Assembly (NCBI RefSeq): GCF_018977255.1
Contig: NW_024704743.1
Coordinates: forward strand, 11,472,001 to 11,536,000
Origin: Callorhinchus milii
Lineage: Eukaryota
DNA: 64,000 nucleotides
Direction of reading: 5' to 3'
The notes below the pieces were generated by a model that was given only the letters and a program-made list of their open reading frames with translations, did not search any database and was not told the DNA's origin. This document shows, piece by piece, positions 1 to 12,341 of the stretch. Position numbers and translations under genes: made by a program. How positions within the stretch are numbered: position 1 is the first letter of the stretch; each line of letters begins with the position of its first letter.

Positions 1-165
1 CCAAAATGCAACACTTTGCATTTCTCCACATTAAACCTCATCTGCCACGTTTCTGCCCATTTTACCAATCTGTCTAAATCCTCTTGGACTGGTGATATCC
101 TCCATTAACTACTTTTCCTAGCTTAGTATCCTCCGCAAATTTGGAAATTGTGCTCCCTATATCCA
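1..165 (-). mobile_element. CR1 LINE RT fragment (inverted relative to the adjacent 3' end)
   Basis: Reverse complement translates to STISKFAEDTKLGKVVN...DLDRLVKWAETWQMRFNVEKCKVLHFG, the CR1 RT catalytic-motif region. Confidence 0.85.
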
Positions 166-528
166 GGAGGAGACTTAGTTTTCAAAATTATGAGGAGATT
201 CAATAGGTTGAACAAGGAAAATCTATTTCCACTGGTGGGTGGGTTGGTAACCCAAGGACACCAACTTATAATAGTTATTCAAAGAAACAGAGGAGGTGAG
301 GAGAATTTTTTTTGGATCTGGAATGTATTGATTGAAAGAGTGATGGAAGCTGATTAGATAACAACTTTTAAGAGCAAAGTAGATCATTATTTGGTGAGGA
401 CAAGTTTGCAGGGCTACAGGGAGAGAGCGGGGGAGTGGATTTGAATTGGATAGCTCTTTTCAAAGAGCCGGCATAGATGCGATGGGCTGAATGGCCTTCT
501 TCTGTGCTGTATTCTATGATTCTATGAT
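166..528 (+). mobile_element. CR1 LINE 3' end with (ATTCTATG)2 tail
   Basis: GDLVFKIMRRFNRLNKENLFPL C-terminal ORF2 segment, 3' UTR gatgggctgaatggccttcttctgtgctgt and octamer tail at 511-526. Similar to 45220-45566 and 63283-63770. Confidence 0.9.
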
Positions 529-530
529 AA

Positions 531-800
531 GACCATCCTACCCGTTAGGGCTTTGCCTTGCAGGGCTAATAGGAGCGGGGTGGGATGACTCCCTGCCCCA
601 GTGTCTGTCTGTTCTTCCAGGTCCTGCCAATAAGCCATCATCACTGTGATGTCATCAGTAATGCCTTGGAATACTGCAGACCCTGTGGCTCAGGATTTGT
701 ACTGCTGAGAACATCACAGAGAGATGACTCCATTCTGACCTTCTGTTGCCAAACATGTCACCTTGAAGTCAGTTTAGTTACAAAGAGACTCTGCTTATCA
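531..800 (-). repeat. Unclassified dispersed repeat, copy A
   Basis: Reverse complement aligns by eye to 23590-23860 (e.g. ccctaacgggtag, ggcaggacctggaag, ctgcagtatt, aaggtgacatg). Confidence 0.7.
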
Positions 801-1034
801 TACCATCCCCCATCCAATGCAGACCCATATCCCACTGGATTGACTTTACGATCAGCGTTCAAACCTTCAATTTGCCCTCTACTTAGCTCTGCAATCTTCT
901 CCAGCCCAATTCTACTCTCTATTTCCACCACTCCACCAACTCTAGTCATTGTAAAATAATAAAGTCTATTAATCAGTTAGGGTTAGGGTTCAGGTTAGGG
1001 GTTGCTGTTTCCTTGCAATCTCAATCCAAGTAGA

Positions 1035-1160
1035 CATTAGGGAACCCATAGCACTATTCAAAAGAGAAGGGAGTTTCTCTCTCCCAAAGCCTCAATCCCC
1101 CAAATAAAATTTGTCATCCACTGCATGGCTGTTTATGGGACAATTGCTGTGCCCAAATTG
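1035..1160 (+). mobile_element. DeuSINE-like SINE fragment
   Basis: cccatagcactattcaaaagagaagggagtttctc...gctgtttatgggacaattgctgtgc; same core as the full copy at 52043-52488. Confidence 0.65.
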
Positions 1161-1164
1161 TCAG

Positions 1165-1335
1165 AGCCAGCTGAGAGGAGGTTGCAGACAGGTCTATATG
1201 GAGTTAGCAGGTCACAATGGTAGGAAGGAGCAAGCCCATGGAGGGCTTTGAAGGTGAGGAACAAGGATTTTGAGCTATCCTCTGGGTATCCTATGGGAAA
1301 CCAATGGAGCAGAACAAAGATGAGGGTACACAATC
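1165..1335 (-). mobile_element. Old L2 LINE fragment
   Basis: Translation LHWFPI...LTFKALHGLAPSY is the L2 ORF2 C-terminus. Confidence 0.7.
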
Positions 1336-1552
1336 ACCACATGTCACAGTAAACCTCCAGTAAACCTCCATGCATAGAGATACAGTGTGTCACAGAGGTG
1401 ATGGGAATCACTGAACAGGGAAGTAAGGATTGGTGCTGACTAAACATTTGTTTGAGGATTTTGAAAATGGAGAGAAAGTGCTTGGCGGAGGACCAAAGCA
1501 TGGGGAAGGGAATAAGGGGAGTGGCTGGAAACTTTGCACCCAATTGAGGGGT

Positions 1553-2480
1553 GGATGAAACCCTAGTCCATGCCTTTGTCACCTCTCGGCTGAACGGCTC
1601 TAACGCCCTCCTTGTCGGTCTCCCATCCACTACCAGCCATAAAATCCAAATCATTCAAATGCCGCCCGCATTCTTACCCACACAAAACTCCAATCCCCGA
1701 TCACCCCAGTCCTTGCCAGACTGCACTGGCTGCCTATCCCAGAGAGGATCGATTTTAAGATCCTCACCCTTGTATTCAAGTCCCTGCAATCCTCTACCCC
1801 CCACCCCCTACCTCTCTGACCTCCTCTTTCCTCAAAAAGTCCTGTAGCTCAGTGGTTAGAGCACTCGCTTTGCAAGCGAGAGACCTGAGTTCAATTCCAG
1901 GCAGGGCGAAACCTTGGGCAAGTTTCCTTACTCCACACGCCTAATAATAATCCCTCCAAAACAAAAAAAAAACAATAATTAAATTGGTCATTTTCAATCT
2001 ACGACTGTTTGTGGGACATTGCTGTGCGCAATTGGCTGCCGCGTTCGCCCACAAATATACAGTCAATTCACTTTACAGTGTGTTCTGTGAAGCGCTTTGG
2101 GACATCCTCCCGACGTGAAAAGCGCTATATCAAATGCAAGGATTATTATTATTATTATTATTATTATTAAAACAGTACCCGTTGCCTTCGTTCCTCTGGG
2201 TCTGGCCTCCTCCTTGTCCCCCGAGTCCTCCGCTCCACCCTTTGTGGCCGTGCCTTCAGCCACTATGCCCCGAGGCTCTGAAACTGCTTTCCTCACTCCC
2301 ATCAAATCGTTCCCTCTCTTCCCATTTTCAGGTCTCTGCTGAAGACCTTTCTTTTCCACCGTGCCTTTGGTCACCTTCCTCCCCCTCCCTCGGTCCCGAG
2401 ATCCATTACAGTAAAGCGCTCTGAGACGCCATCCGGCATGGAGGGAGCTACATAAATCTAAGTTGTTGTTGCTGTTGTTG
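1553..2480 (+). mobile_element. 5'-truncated L2 LINE interrupted by a SINE (1838-2168)
   Basis: ETLVHAFVTSRLNGSNALLVGLP; the sequence resumes after the SINE (aaaacagtacccg) and ends in the stem-loop plus (TTG)n tail. Confidence 0.9.
1838..2168 (+). mobile_element. tRNA-Ala-derived SINE with L2 tail (young, internally deleted subfamily)
   Basis: A box tagctcagtgg, anticodon arm ctcgc-tttgcaa-gcgag, B box gttcaattcc, L2-type hairpin and (TTA)n tail. Confidence 0.92.
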
Positions 2481-2491
2481 GATGGGATGGG

Positions 2492-3202
2492 ATAATAATA
2501 AATAATAATAATCCTTGCATTTGATTTAGCGCCTTATCACGTTGTTGAGACATCTCAAAATGCTTCACAGAATATACAACAACAACAACTTGGATTTATA
2601 TAGCGCCCTCCACACTGGATGGTGTCTCGGAGCACTTCATAGTAACAGATCCCGGGGCCGAGCCAGGGGGAGGAGGAGGAAGGTGACCAAAGGCGCGGTC
2701 GAAAAGAAAGGTCTTCAGCAGAGACCTGAAAATAGGAAGGAAGGAAGCGATACGAAGGGAATGAGGAAGGGAGTTCCAGAGCCTCGGGGCATAGTGGCTG
2801 AAGGCACGGCCGCCGAGGGTGGAGTGCAGGATTCGGGGGATGAGGAGGAGGCCAAACCCAGAGGAACAAAGGCAATATACAGTAAAGTGAACTGACTGTT
2901 TATTTTGTGGGCGAAACGCAGTATCCAATTGCACACAGCAGTGTCCCACAGGTCATGAATTGAGTGACCAAATTATTTATTTATCTGTCCATTTATTTAT
3001 TTATCTATCTATTTTTGAAGGGATTATTTCGTCCAGAAAGCGATCCAACAATTGACTAACAACCGTGTTTCTATTTATTGCTATGTATGCAGAAGTGCGT
3101 GGAGTTAGGAAACTTGCCTAACATTTTGCCCTGCCTGGGAATTAAACCTGGGTCCTCTTTTTGTGAGGGAAATGCTCTAACTACCATACTACAGGACTCC
3201 AC
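2492..3202 (-). mobile_element. tRNA-derived SINE (older long form) split by an L2 3' fragment
   Basis: Tail 2492-2577 and body/head 2874-3202 are colinear with other SINE copies. Confidence 0.85.
2578..2873 (-). mobile_element. L2 3' fragment with 7-bp TSD (aatatac)
   Basis: (CAA)n tail, [20 protein letters not shown] translation, aatatac at 2571-2577 and 2874-2880. Confidence 0.9.
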
Positions 3203-3569
3203 AAGTGATGGGATGGTATGGGGGGAGATCGGGAAGTGCAGCACTGACCAGCCCCATTCCCCACAGAAGTCCTGAATTCTTTATCATTTGCTAAACAGGC
3301 CACCTGCTCTGTTAGCGGCAATGCACACCAGGATCTGAAGCAGCTCAAAGCCTCTAATGGGAATGCTGCCTCCCATCCCATACTCATCAATCATCCTCAA
3401 AGATCCTCGAGAGACACTGCACAAAATAGCGAGAGCTGGATTCACACAACGATATTGTTAGTTCTCCACCAGGCACTCGAGAGGGGAATAAATTACTATT
3501 TATTGTGCACATCAATGAACTGAGGTGCATCAGTCCTTCAGAACAGAAGACCAAGGTCCCATCTTCCTG

Positions 3570-3810
3570 TTCAGCTGGATGTTAAAGATCCCATAGCACT
3601 ATTCGAAAAGAGAAGGGAGTTTCTGTCTACCTTTTCAGGTGGGCCTTAAGGATCCCTTGGCATTACTTGAAAGAAGGGAGTTTCTCTCGGTGACCTGACC
3701 AACAATCCCCCAGATAAAATTGGTCATTCACTTCACGGCTGTTTGTGGGACATTATGGGACCTTACTGAGTCCAAACAGGCTACCACATTGGCCTACAAG
3801 TCCACATTCA
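3570..3810 (+). mobile_element. DeuSINE-like fragment with partial internal duplication
   Basis: ttcagctggatgttaaagatcccatagcactattcgaaaagagaagggagtttc followed by a second similar block. Confidence 0.65.
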
Positions 3811-4031
3811 GTAAAATAAGTAAAATAAGAATGTATAAAGATCTATAAAGCTAGCTCACAGAAAGCTAGAGGTATAGAATATGAAGCAGGGATTGTGGCT
3901 GTATGGGAATCATGTTCAGTTTTGTAGACAGGATATCCTGACATAAGATAGGAGCATTGGCACATAGCACAGATTCAAAAAGATAGAAGGCTAAAGTCCT
4001 TCCCCGGCTCGGGTTCCGTCTCCATCCAATA

Positions 4032-4352
4032 GAGTTCTGTAGCTCAGTGGTTAAAGCACTCACCTCGCAAGCGAGAGACCTGGGTTCAATTCCTGGCAGG
4101 GCGAAACCTTGGGCAAGTTTCCTTACTCCACACGCCTGATAATAATCCCTCAAGAACAAAAAAAAATGTTGTCACTCAATCGACGACTGTTTGTGGGACA
4201 CTGCTGTGGGAAATTGACTGCTGCGTTTCGCCCACAAAATATACAGTCAATTCACTTTACAGTGTATTCTGTGAAGCGCTTTGAGACGTCTAGAAGATGT
4301 GAAAAGTGCTATATGAAATGCAAGGATTGTTATTATTATTATTATTATTATT
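4032..4352 (+). mobile_element. tRNA-derived SINE (TAGAA-loop subfamily)
   Basis: Full head to (TTA)n tail; hairpin gagacgtctagaagatgtgaaaagtgct. Confidence 0.9.
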
Positions 4353-4521
4353 AACCTCACTTTACAGCAAATCCTATGAAGGCTCTGAATCACCATCCTG
4401 ATGTCAAAGGCACTATGTTCAATTCAAGGATTATTATAATTATAACCATGGTTATAATAATTATTATAATTTATTTTACAGTATATTTTGTGAAGTGCTT
4501 TGAGACGTCTCAACAATGTGA

Positions 4522-5790
4522 TACAACAACAAGATGCATTTATATAGTGCCCTTCATGGGCGGAGGTGGGAGGGAGGGGAGAGGTGACCATCAGCATAAT
4601 CAAAAAGGAAGGTCTTTAGGCGGAATTTGAAGGTGGGAGGGAGGGGACAAGGCAAAGGGATTGAGAGAGAGAGTTCCAGAGTTTTGGGGCGTAGTGGCTG
4701 AAAGCACGGCCACAAATGGTGGATCAGAGGACACGAGACATAAATAGGAGGCCAAAGTCAGCCAAGAGGAATGCAGCGGGGGTGCAGTGGATAAGCATGT
4801 TGGATAGATAGGAAGGTGGGAAGGCATGGAGTGATTTGAAAACAAGTGAGAGGATCTTGAAATTGATCTGTTCGGTAATTGGGAGCCAGTAGAGCCCGGC
4901 AAGGACTGGTGTGATGGGGGTATGGAGTTTTGTATGGATGAGTATCCATGGGGCAGAGTTTTTAATTAATTGTATGTTGTGTATGGTGGAGCTGGGATAT
5001 TGGAATAGTCAAGCTGGGAAGTGACGAAGGCGTGGACGAGGGTTTCAGCTATGTTGGTTGTGAAGTGCGGACGGAGAAGGGCAATGTGGTAGATGTGGAA
5101 AAAAGCATTCCTGGTCAGGGAATGGATGTGTCGTAGAAAGGAAAGCTGGGGATCGGAGAGTCTGAGGGAGAGTCTGGGGAGGTTGAGGAGTTCAGACCCG
5201 CAGGAGAGATGTTGATGGGAGCCAAAGAGTATGGCTTCCGTCTTGCCGACAATCAGCTGCAGGAAATTTGCACTCATCCAGGCCTTGATATACGTCAAAC
5301 AAGCTGGCAGGACATCAGTGTATTGGGAGTTGCAGCTGGAGGACGAGAAGTAGATTTGGGTGTCATCTACATACATGTGGAAGTTGACTCTATATCTGCA
5401 GATGACATTGCTGAGAGGGAACATGTAGATGAGGAAAAGAAGGGGCCAAAGATGGAGCCTTGGGGTACACTGCAGGTGACCAGGCAGGGGCGAGAGGAAA
5501 AAACATTGGCCAAGATGAAGGAAGAGGTGGCCAGATGGATGTTATCTATCTTGGAGATAAAGAAATCCAAGCCTCTTTGCACTTGGCATTTGATGTTAGG
5601 ATTGAAGGTGCTTTGATGGGGCTCGGGGCGGAGGTGGTGGGTGGTGAAGAACAGGATTTTGGGGTTGTTTTGGGTCTCCAGAATGACATGTGAGTAAAAT
5701 GCAGTTTTTGGAAGGCCAGAGGGAGAGAAGGTTCGAGGATAAGAGGGCATTTGTGCAGGACTCAGGTGGAAGCTTTTTCCATGGGCTTGG
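4522..5790 (-). mobile_element. Degraded L2 LINE with internal deletions
   Basis: VPQGSIFGP, FHMYVDDTQIY, NFLQLIVGKTEAILFG, ETLVHAFVTSQLDYSN; (CAA)n tail at the left end. Confidence 0.85.
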
Positions 5791-6482
5791 AGGAAGGGAG
5801 GGGAATACGGGAGTAGAGTTAGATGAAGAAGTGTTTAGATACTTCTAAATATAAGATAAGACGCTGTATCAAATGCAAGAATTATTATTACTATTATTAT
5901 AGACAAAAAGATAAAAATAAATTTGGTAGAGCAACAATGAAACGTCACCAAGGTATTTGCTGTCAAGTGTAGTGAAACCAATAAGTATGTTTTTCGTTTT
6001 CTGATTTTAATTGGTATTCATGGGGTTTTAATTTTTTTCAAAATCAAGAAATCAAGGAAAATAAATGCCCATCATTAAGCAACTTTTTAAAATGTCATTT
6101 TTATAGTTTTGAACCTAAAAAATGGCTGTCTTTCTCCAACAGGAAATACATGTCGCAGGGCACAGGAAGTAAGGACCGAGCCAACCTTATTATCTGGAGG
6201 TCAGACATTTTTGTAGTCATAAAAATTGCTAAGAATCTGAAAAATAAAGGTAATGTCAATATTATCTGTGGAAAATTAACCATGAAAATTTAAAAAATGA
6301 CAACTCTACCACTAAGGCACTGTTGCTCTGTGTCAAAGCGATTCACTAACTTAATGAACATCTGCCTCAATAGGATACCAGATCTCTTGGTTTGTTTGTC
6401 TTATTTATAAAACTAATTGAACTGGCGACTGGTAGAGGTCAGATCTTATCCAGCATTCTCGTTTCCCTCTATGATCAGGCAC

Positions 6483-6640
6483 AGATTACAAGATCACAAG
6501 ATTTGGTCGATAAAGAAGTTTCTGCCACCAATTTGATCTCATCCTTTTCCAAATATCCATTGAGCTGCTTTTTTTCAATGAGTCCCAACATCCCGATCTC
6601 CATCACCCTTCCTGGTAACCCTGTTCCAGTCCTGATGTTC
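6483..6640 (-). mobile_element. Old CR1-like 3' end with (TCTTGTGA)-type tail
   Basis: acaagatcacaagatttggtcgataaagaag matches 62906-62945; octamer-type tail. Confidence 0.45.
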
Positions 6641-7174
6641 TGTCCTCTTACTTGTCAGACATCAAGGCCTGAATGAGCGCCAACTTTCTGCAGCTGAATG
6701 TTGACAAGACGGAAGCCATACTCCTTGCTCCTGTCAATATCTTCTCACCTGTGACTCCGACAGCTTATTTTGTGCCCTGACTTGGATCTGAGCCACCTAC
6801 TCTCTGCATTATTCATTATCTGGTCCATGCCTCATGGATCAATAAATCAGGCTCTCTGCGAAGGAGATTGATGTCACTCGAGGGATTTCTCTCTCATGTT
6901 ACAGAAGACATTTCGTCTTTAACAAAATAGCACGATCGATTGGAGCTTTCACTGGAACAAATAGGAACAACAACAACAACTAGCATTTATGTAGAGCCCT
7001 TCACATCAATACCTGTGTTTTTTTGCTAACTCGAACGTATCCTCTTTCCCCTCCCCCATAACCACTGCCTCGCCCCCCTTCCCAGCGCCCGCTCCTCTAA
7101 TTTTGGATTCTTGCTGAGCCCATTGTGGAATTTGAAACAGCAAAAAGGGCTTTGGCATCTTAATCTCAATATTG

Positions 7175-7484
7175 TAATAATAATAATAATTGTTGCATTT
7201 GATATAGCGCTTTCACAGCTTCTCGACATCTCAAAGCGCTTCACAGAATATACTGTAAAGTGAATTGATTGCATATTTGTGGGCGAAACGCAGCAGTCAA
7301 TTGCGCACAGCAGTGTCCCACAAACAGTCGTGGATTGAAGTGAACAATTTTATTATTTTTTTTCTTGAGGGATTATTATCAGACGTGTGGAGTAAGGAAA
7401 CTTGCCCAAGGTTTTGCCCTGCTGGGAATTAAACCCAGGTCTCTCGCTTGCGAGGCGAGTGCTCTAACCACTGAGCTACAGGAC
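7175..7484 (-). mobile_element. tRNA-derived SINE
   Basis: Complete reverse-complement copy with CGC anticodon loop. Confidence 0.9.
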
Positions 7485-7599
7485 ATTCAGCGCAAATGGT
7501 GAATTATACACCAGTATGAAATGTGACTCTTGCCCTGCTTAAAACTCCCCCCGCCACCTCCACCCCTCCCACACCATGGTGGGAATTAATGGATAAATT

Positions 7600-7760
7600 A
7601 AAATTTTCAAGACTGAGATGGATAGATTTTTTTTAGGCAAGGGTATCAAGGGATATGGAGCAAAGGTGGGTATTTGGAGTTAAGGCACAGATCAGCCATG
7701 ATCTAATAGAATGGCGGAGCAGGCTCAAGGGGCTGAATGGCTACTCCCATTGTTCCTATC
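7600..7760 (+). mobile_element. CR1 LINE 3' end
   Basis: FKTEMDRFFLGKGIKGYG followed by gatcagccatgatct...ggggctgaatggc; same family as the 3' end at 57640. Confidence 0.85.
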
Positions 7761-7990
7761 TTCTGTGAGGAATCATAAAAGATATTTTTCAGGTCTGGAA
7801 CAGAATGCCTCAGAGATTTGCCATCTCACTACTTACCCTCTCCTTATGTTTCCCCTCCCTGCCTACTCCGCCCTCCCTCCCCTCCCCTACCTCCCACCCC
7901 CCTATTTAAAATCTTTTTGACAGTGTTTTCAATCACCTCTGGGTTACCATCTTATGTCTTAGCAGCCAGACCCGTACACCCAAGATTCCG

Positions 7991-8270
7991 ATAATAATAA
8001 TCCTTGCATTTGATATAATAATCCTTGCCTTTTGGGGATATAGTGCCTTATAATGTCGTTAAAACATTTGAAAGTGCAGAATATACTGTAATATAATTTT
8101 TACCCTCGGAAAGCAATCTGCCAATTGACTGACAACCAGGCTTCTATTTACTACTAGGTAAACAGAGGAATGTGGAGTAAGAAAACGTGTCTAAGGGTTC
8201 GTCCTGCCCGGTATCAAACCCAGGTCTACTCACGTGCAAGACAAGCTCGCTAACCATCATGTTACAGCAA
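7991..8270 (-). mobile_element. Degraded tRNA-derived SINE (older form)
   Basis: Tail taatccttgcatttgatat and body ctaggtaaacagagg...gtggagtaagaaaac. Confidence 0.7.
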
Positions 8271-8292
8271 TCCAAGATGTGTGAGCTATGAG

Positions 8293-8760
8293 CAACAACA
8301 ACAACGAACAACAAATTACATTTATATAGCTTCTTTCATGTCTGGAAGACATCCTAAGGTGCTGGACAGTCACCTGAGCTGTAGGCTGGAGTCAATAGGG
8401 ATGGAGGGCAAGGGGGAGTTGTGGTGGGAAGATAACCAAAGGCACGGTTGTAGAGGAAGGTCTTGAGATAGGCCTGGAAGGAGGCAAGGGAGGGAGCAAT
8501 AAGGATAGAGCTCCAGAGGATGGGGGCAGAAAAGCTAAAGGCCTAACCTTCAATGGTGGAGCAGGCAGGGGGTTTGGGGCCAGTGCCCACCTGCAGAGGG
8601 AATGGACAGGGTATTAGCAGGTTACAGAGATAGGAAGGAGCAAGACTATGCAGGGCTTTAAAGGTGAGGATAAGGATTTTAAACTCGATCCTCTGGGGTA
8701 TAGAGAGCCAGTGAAGCCGGGTAAGGATGGGTTGATTGGCTCGCAGAGTTTAGTGCAGGA
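8293..8760 (-). mobile_element. Old L2 3' fragment
   Basis: (CAA)n tail, hairpin remnant, reverse-strand RIEFKILILTFKALH-like coding remnant. Confidence 0.75.
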
Positions 8761-9355
8761 TTAGACAAGTTAGAGTTCTTCAATCTTGAGAGAAGACCTT
8801 AAAGAGGTGTATAACATTTTAAATGGGATTGAAGAAGTAAATTCAGATCAATACTTTAGAATACACCAAGACAGCAGAACAAGAGTTTTAGACTTGCAAA
8901 GGGCAATTTCAGGAGAATACCAGTGGAGAGTGAGGAGAGGAGTGAAGCCATGGAGAGAGAGAAAGTGGAGAGAAAAATGGCAGAGAGATACGGAGTGTTA
9001 CTTGGCAACACATGACTGAACTGTGCTTCGTCGATGTAGAATTTTCATCAGTCAATTTCATGAGATGTTAAGTAATGAGAAGTTTGAATGAGATCAGCAG
9101 TGTCACTGGGAAGGAATTATCCATTGTGAGCTAGATTACATCATCTTAATTAGACTCCCTTTCATGTCATTTGTCCCTGCTTAAAAGCTCTTTTGAAGAG
9201 TACATTTGTTACATGTAATTAATATTCCTGTTAAACAACTCAACCCAACAAAGAGGTTTCACTTGCACAGGCACCTTCTTCAGTTCACTGTCGCTTACTG
9301 TGGGATTTTCTGCACTAGATTTCTTAACAAGGTTCCTAGGTTAGATTTGTTAACA

Positions 9356-9711
9356 TAATAATAATGATTTTTGCATTTGATAGAGTACCTTATCACATCT
9401 TCGACACGTCTCAAAGAGTTTCACAGAATATAGTGTAAAGTGAATTGACTGTATATTTTGTGGGCAAAATGTGATAGCCAATTGCGCACAGCAGTGTCCC
9501 ACAAACACTCGTGGATTGAAGTGACCAATATTTTTTTAAGGAATTATTACACCCAGAAAAAGCGATCTACCAAATGACTAACAACTGGGGACCTACTTAT
9601 TGCTAGGTAAACAAAGGCATATGGAGTAAGCAAACTTGCCCAACATTTTGCCCTGCCGGGAATCAAACCCAGGTATCTCGCTTGCAAGGTGACTGCTCAA
9701 ACGACTGAGCT
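9356..9711 (-). mobile_element. tRNA-derived SINE (older long form)
   Basis: Complete copy that retains the internal cctttgtttacctagcaataagtagg segment. Confidence 0.85.
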
Positions 9712-10659
9712 GAGTTGGGTGGCGGGGAGCGGGGTGGGTGGGGAGACCAGCGAGGCTACAGCAGCTCACCACCTCCTGCCTCTCAGCGCCGGCACCGCAC
9801 ACAGAACACAGAGACCCAGAGAGACACACACACACACACACATTCTCAGAGAGAGTGAGAGAGAGACACACTCATAGACACAGAGATATAGACACACACA
9901 GAGAGAGATACATATTCACACAGAGACAATCAGAAGCACATACACATATAGAAGAGACACACACAGTGACACTCACAAACCAACACACATACAGCGGAGA
10001 GACATATTCACATACATATTCACAAACACACACATATACAGAGGAGAGAAGACACTCACATAGACACTCACAAACACATGAAGAGAGACACTCACACAGA
10101 CAAATACCTATAAAGAGAGACATACTCAACCAGAAACTCACAAACACAGAGAGTCACAGACACTCGCAAATACAGAAAGATACACACAAACACAGATAAA
10201 GACACACTCAGACACTCATCAACACATAGGGAGATACATGCAGACATAAATGCATAGAGAGACATAGACATAGACACTCACAAACAAACAGATAAACAAA
10301 AACTCACAAACACACAGAGAGACACACACAGACACAGAGAGAGACAAACATAGACCTTCACAAACGCACAGAAAAACAGATACTCACAAAAACACAGAGG
10401 CACAAACACGCAATTACAAAAACACAGAGACCCACACAGACACTCACAAACATACATAGAGACACACAGACACAGAGGGAGAAACACACAGACACTCAAA
10501 AAACACAGAGATGCACACAGACATTCACAAACACATAGACAGACACACAGAGACACTCACAAACACACAGAGACAAGCCCATAGACACAGAGAGAGAGAC
10601 AAACACAGACCCTCAGAAACACACAAGAGAAACACACAGATACTCACAAAAACACAGAA

Positions 10660-11478
10660 ATGCCTTTGTCACCTCTCGGTTGGACTACTCTAACGCCCTC
10701 CTAGCCGGTCTCCCATTCACCACCATCCATAAAATCCAAATCATCCAAAACTCTGCCGCCCGCATTCTCACCTGCACTAAACTCCGCTCCCCGATCACCC
10801 CAGTCCTCACCAGACTGCACTGGCTCCCTATCCCAGAGAGGATCGATTTCAAGATCGTGGAGTCCTGTAGCTCAGCGGTTAGAGCACTCGCTTTGCAAGC
10901 AAGAGACCTGAGTTCAATTCCAGGCAGAGGGCGAAACCTTGGGCAAGTTTCCTTACTCCACACAGAGCCTAATAATAATCCCTCCAAAAACAATAATAAA
11001 AATTGGTCATTTTCAATCTACGACTGTTTGTGGGACATTGCAGTGCGCAATTGGCTGCTGCGTTCGTCCACAAATATACAGTCAATTCACTTTCCAGTGT
11101 GTTCTGTGAAGTGCTTTGGGACGTTCTCCCGACATGCAGAGCGCTATATCAAATGCAAGGATTATTATTATTATATTACCCTTGTATTCAAATCCCTCCA
11201 CTCCTCTGCACTCCCCTACCTCTCTGACCTCCTCTCTCCTCAAAACAGTACCCGTTGCCTTCATTCCTCCGGGTCTGGCCTCCTCCTTGTCCCCCAAGTC
11301 TTCCGCTCCACCCTCGGCGGCCGTGCCTTCAGCCACTATGCCCCAAGGCTCTAGAATTCCCTTCCTCACTCCCTTCGCCTCGCCCCCTCTCTTCCTACTT
11401 TCAGGTCCCTTCTGAAGACCTTTCTTTTCGACCGCGCCTTTGGTCACCCTCCTATATAAATCCAAGTTGTTGTTGTTT
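10660..11478 (+). mobile_element. L2 3' fragment interrupted by a SINE (10857-11177)
   Basis: [11 protein letters not shown]...NSAARILT...[14 protein letters not shown], resuming as TLVFKSLH after the SINE; (TTG)n tail. Confidence 0.9.
10857..11177 (+). mobile_element. tRNA-Ala-derived SINE (young subfamily)
   Basis: Near-identical to 53977-54302. Confidence 0.92.
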
Positions 11479-12341
11479 TTGAGATGCACTCAGACACTAC
11501 ACAAACACATAGAGAGAAACAAACAGATACTCACAAATATATTGAGAGACACACACAGGCACTCACAAACACATTGAGAGACACTCACAGACACTCACAA
11601 ACACATTGAGAGATATACACAGACACAGAGATAGAGACACACAGACAATCACAAAAACATAGAGATACACACACACACACAGATAATCACATAGACAGAC
11701 ACCCACAGACATTCACGAACACATATAGGGACACACACAGTCACACAAACACAGAGAGGCACACACAGAAACTCACAATCACAGAGACACACAGACACTC
11801 ACAAACACAGAGAGACACAAATAGACACTCACCAACACAGAGAAACACACACAGACTCTCACAAACACATAGAGAGATGCACACGGACACAGAGATAGAG
11901 ACACACAGACACTCGTAAAAACATAGAGATACACACACACACAGATACTCACATAGAAAGACACACAGACACTCACAAACATATATAGGGACACACACAG
12001 ACGCTCACAAATGCATCGCGATAGACACACCAACGCTCACAAACACAGAGATAAATACCAAAACTCACAAACACATAGAGAGACACACACAGACACTAAG
12101 AAACACATAGAGAGAGACATACAGTAACATACATACACTTATGAACGCATAGACATATACAGACACTCACAAACACATAGACATACACAGAAACTCACAA
12201 ACACAGAGACACACACACACACACTCACAAACACATTGAAAGACACTCACAGACACCCACAAACACATTGAGAGATACACACAGATACAGAGATAGAGAC
12301 ACACAGACAATCACAAAACAGAGAGACACACACACTCACAA

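Noticed and set aside
10680..11354. 224-aa ORF reading through L2-SINE-L2
   Set aside because: Chance open frame across nested repeats; no evidence of domestication.
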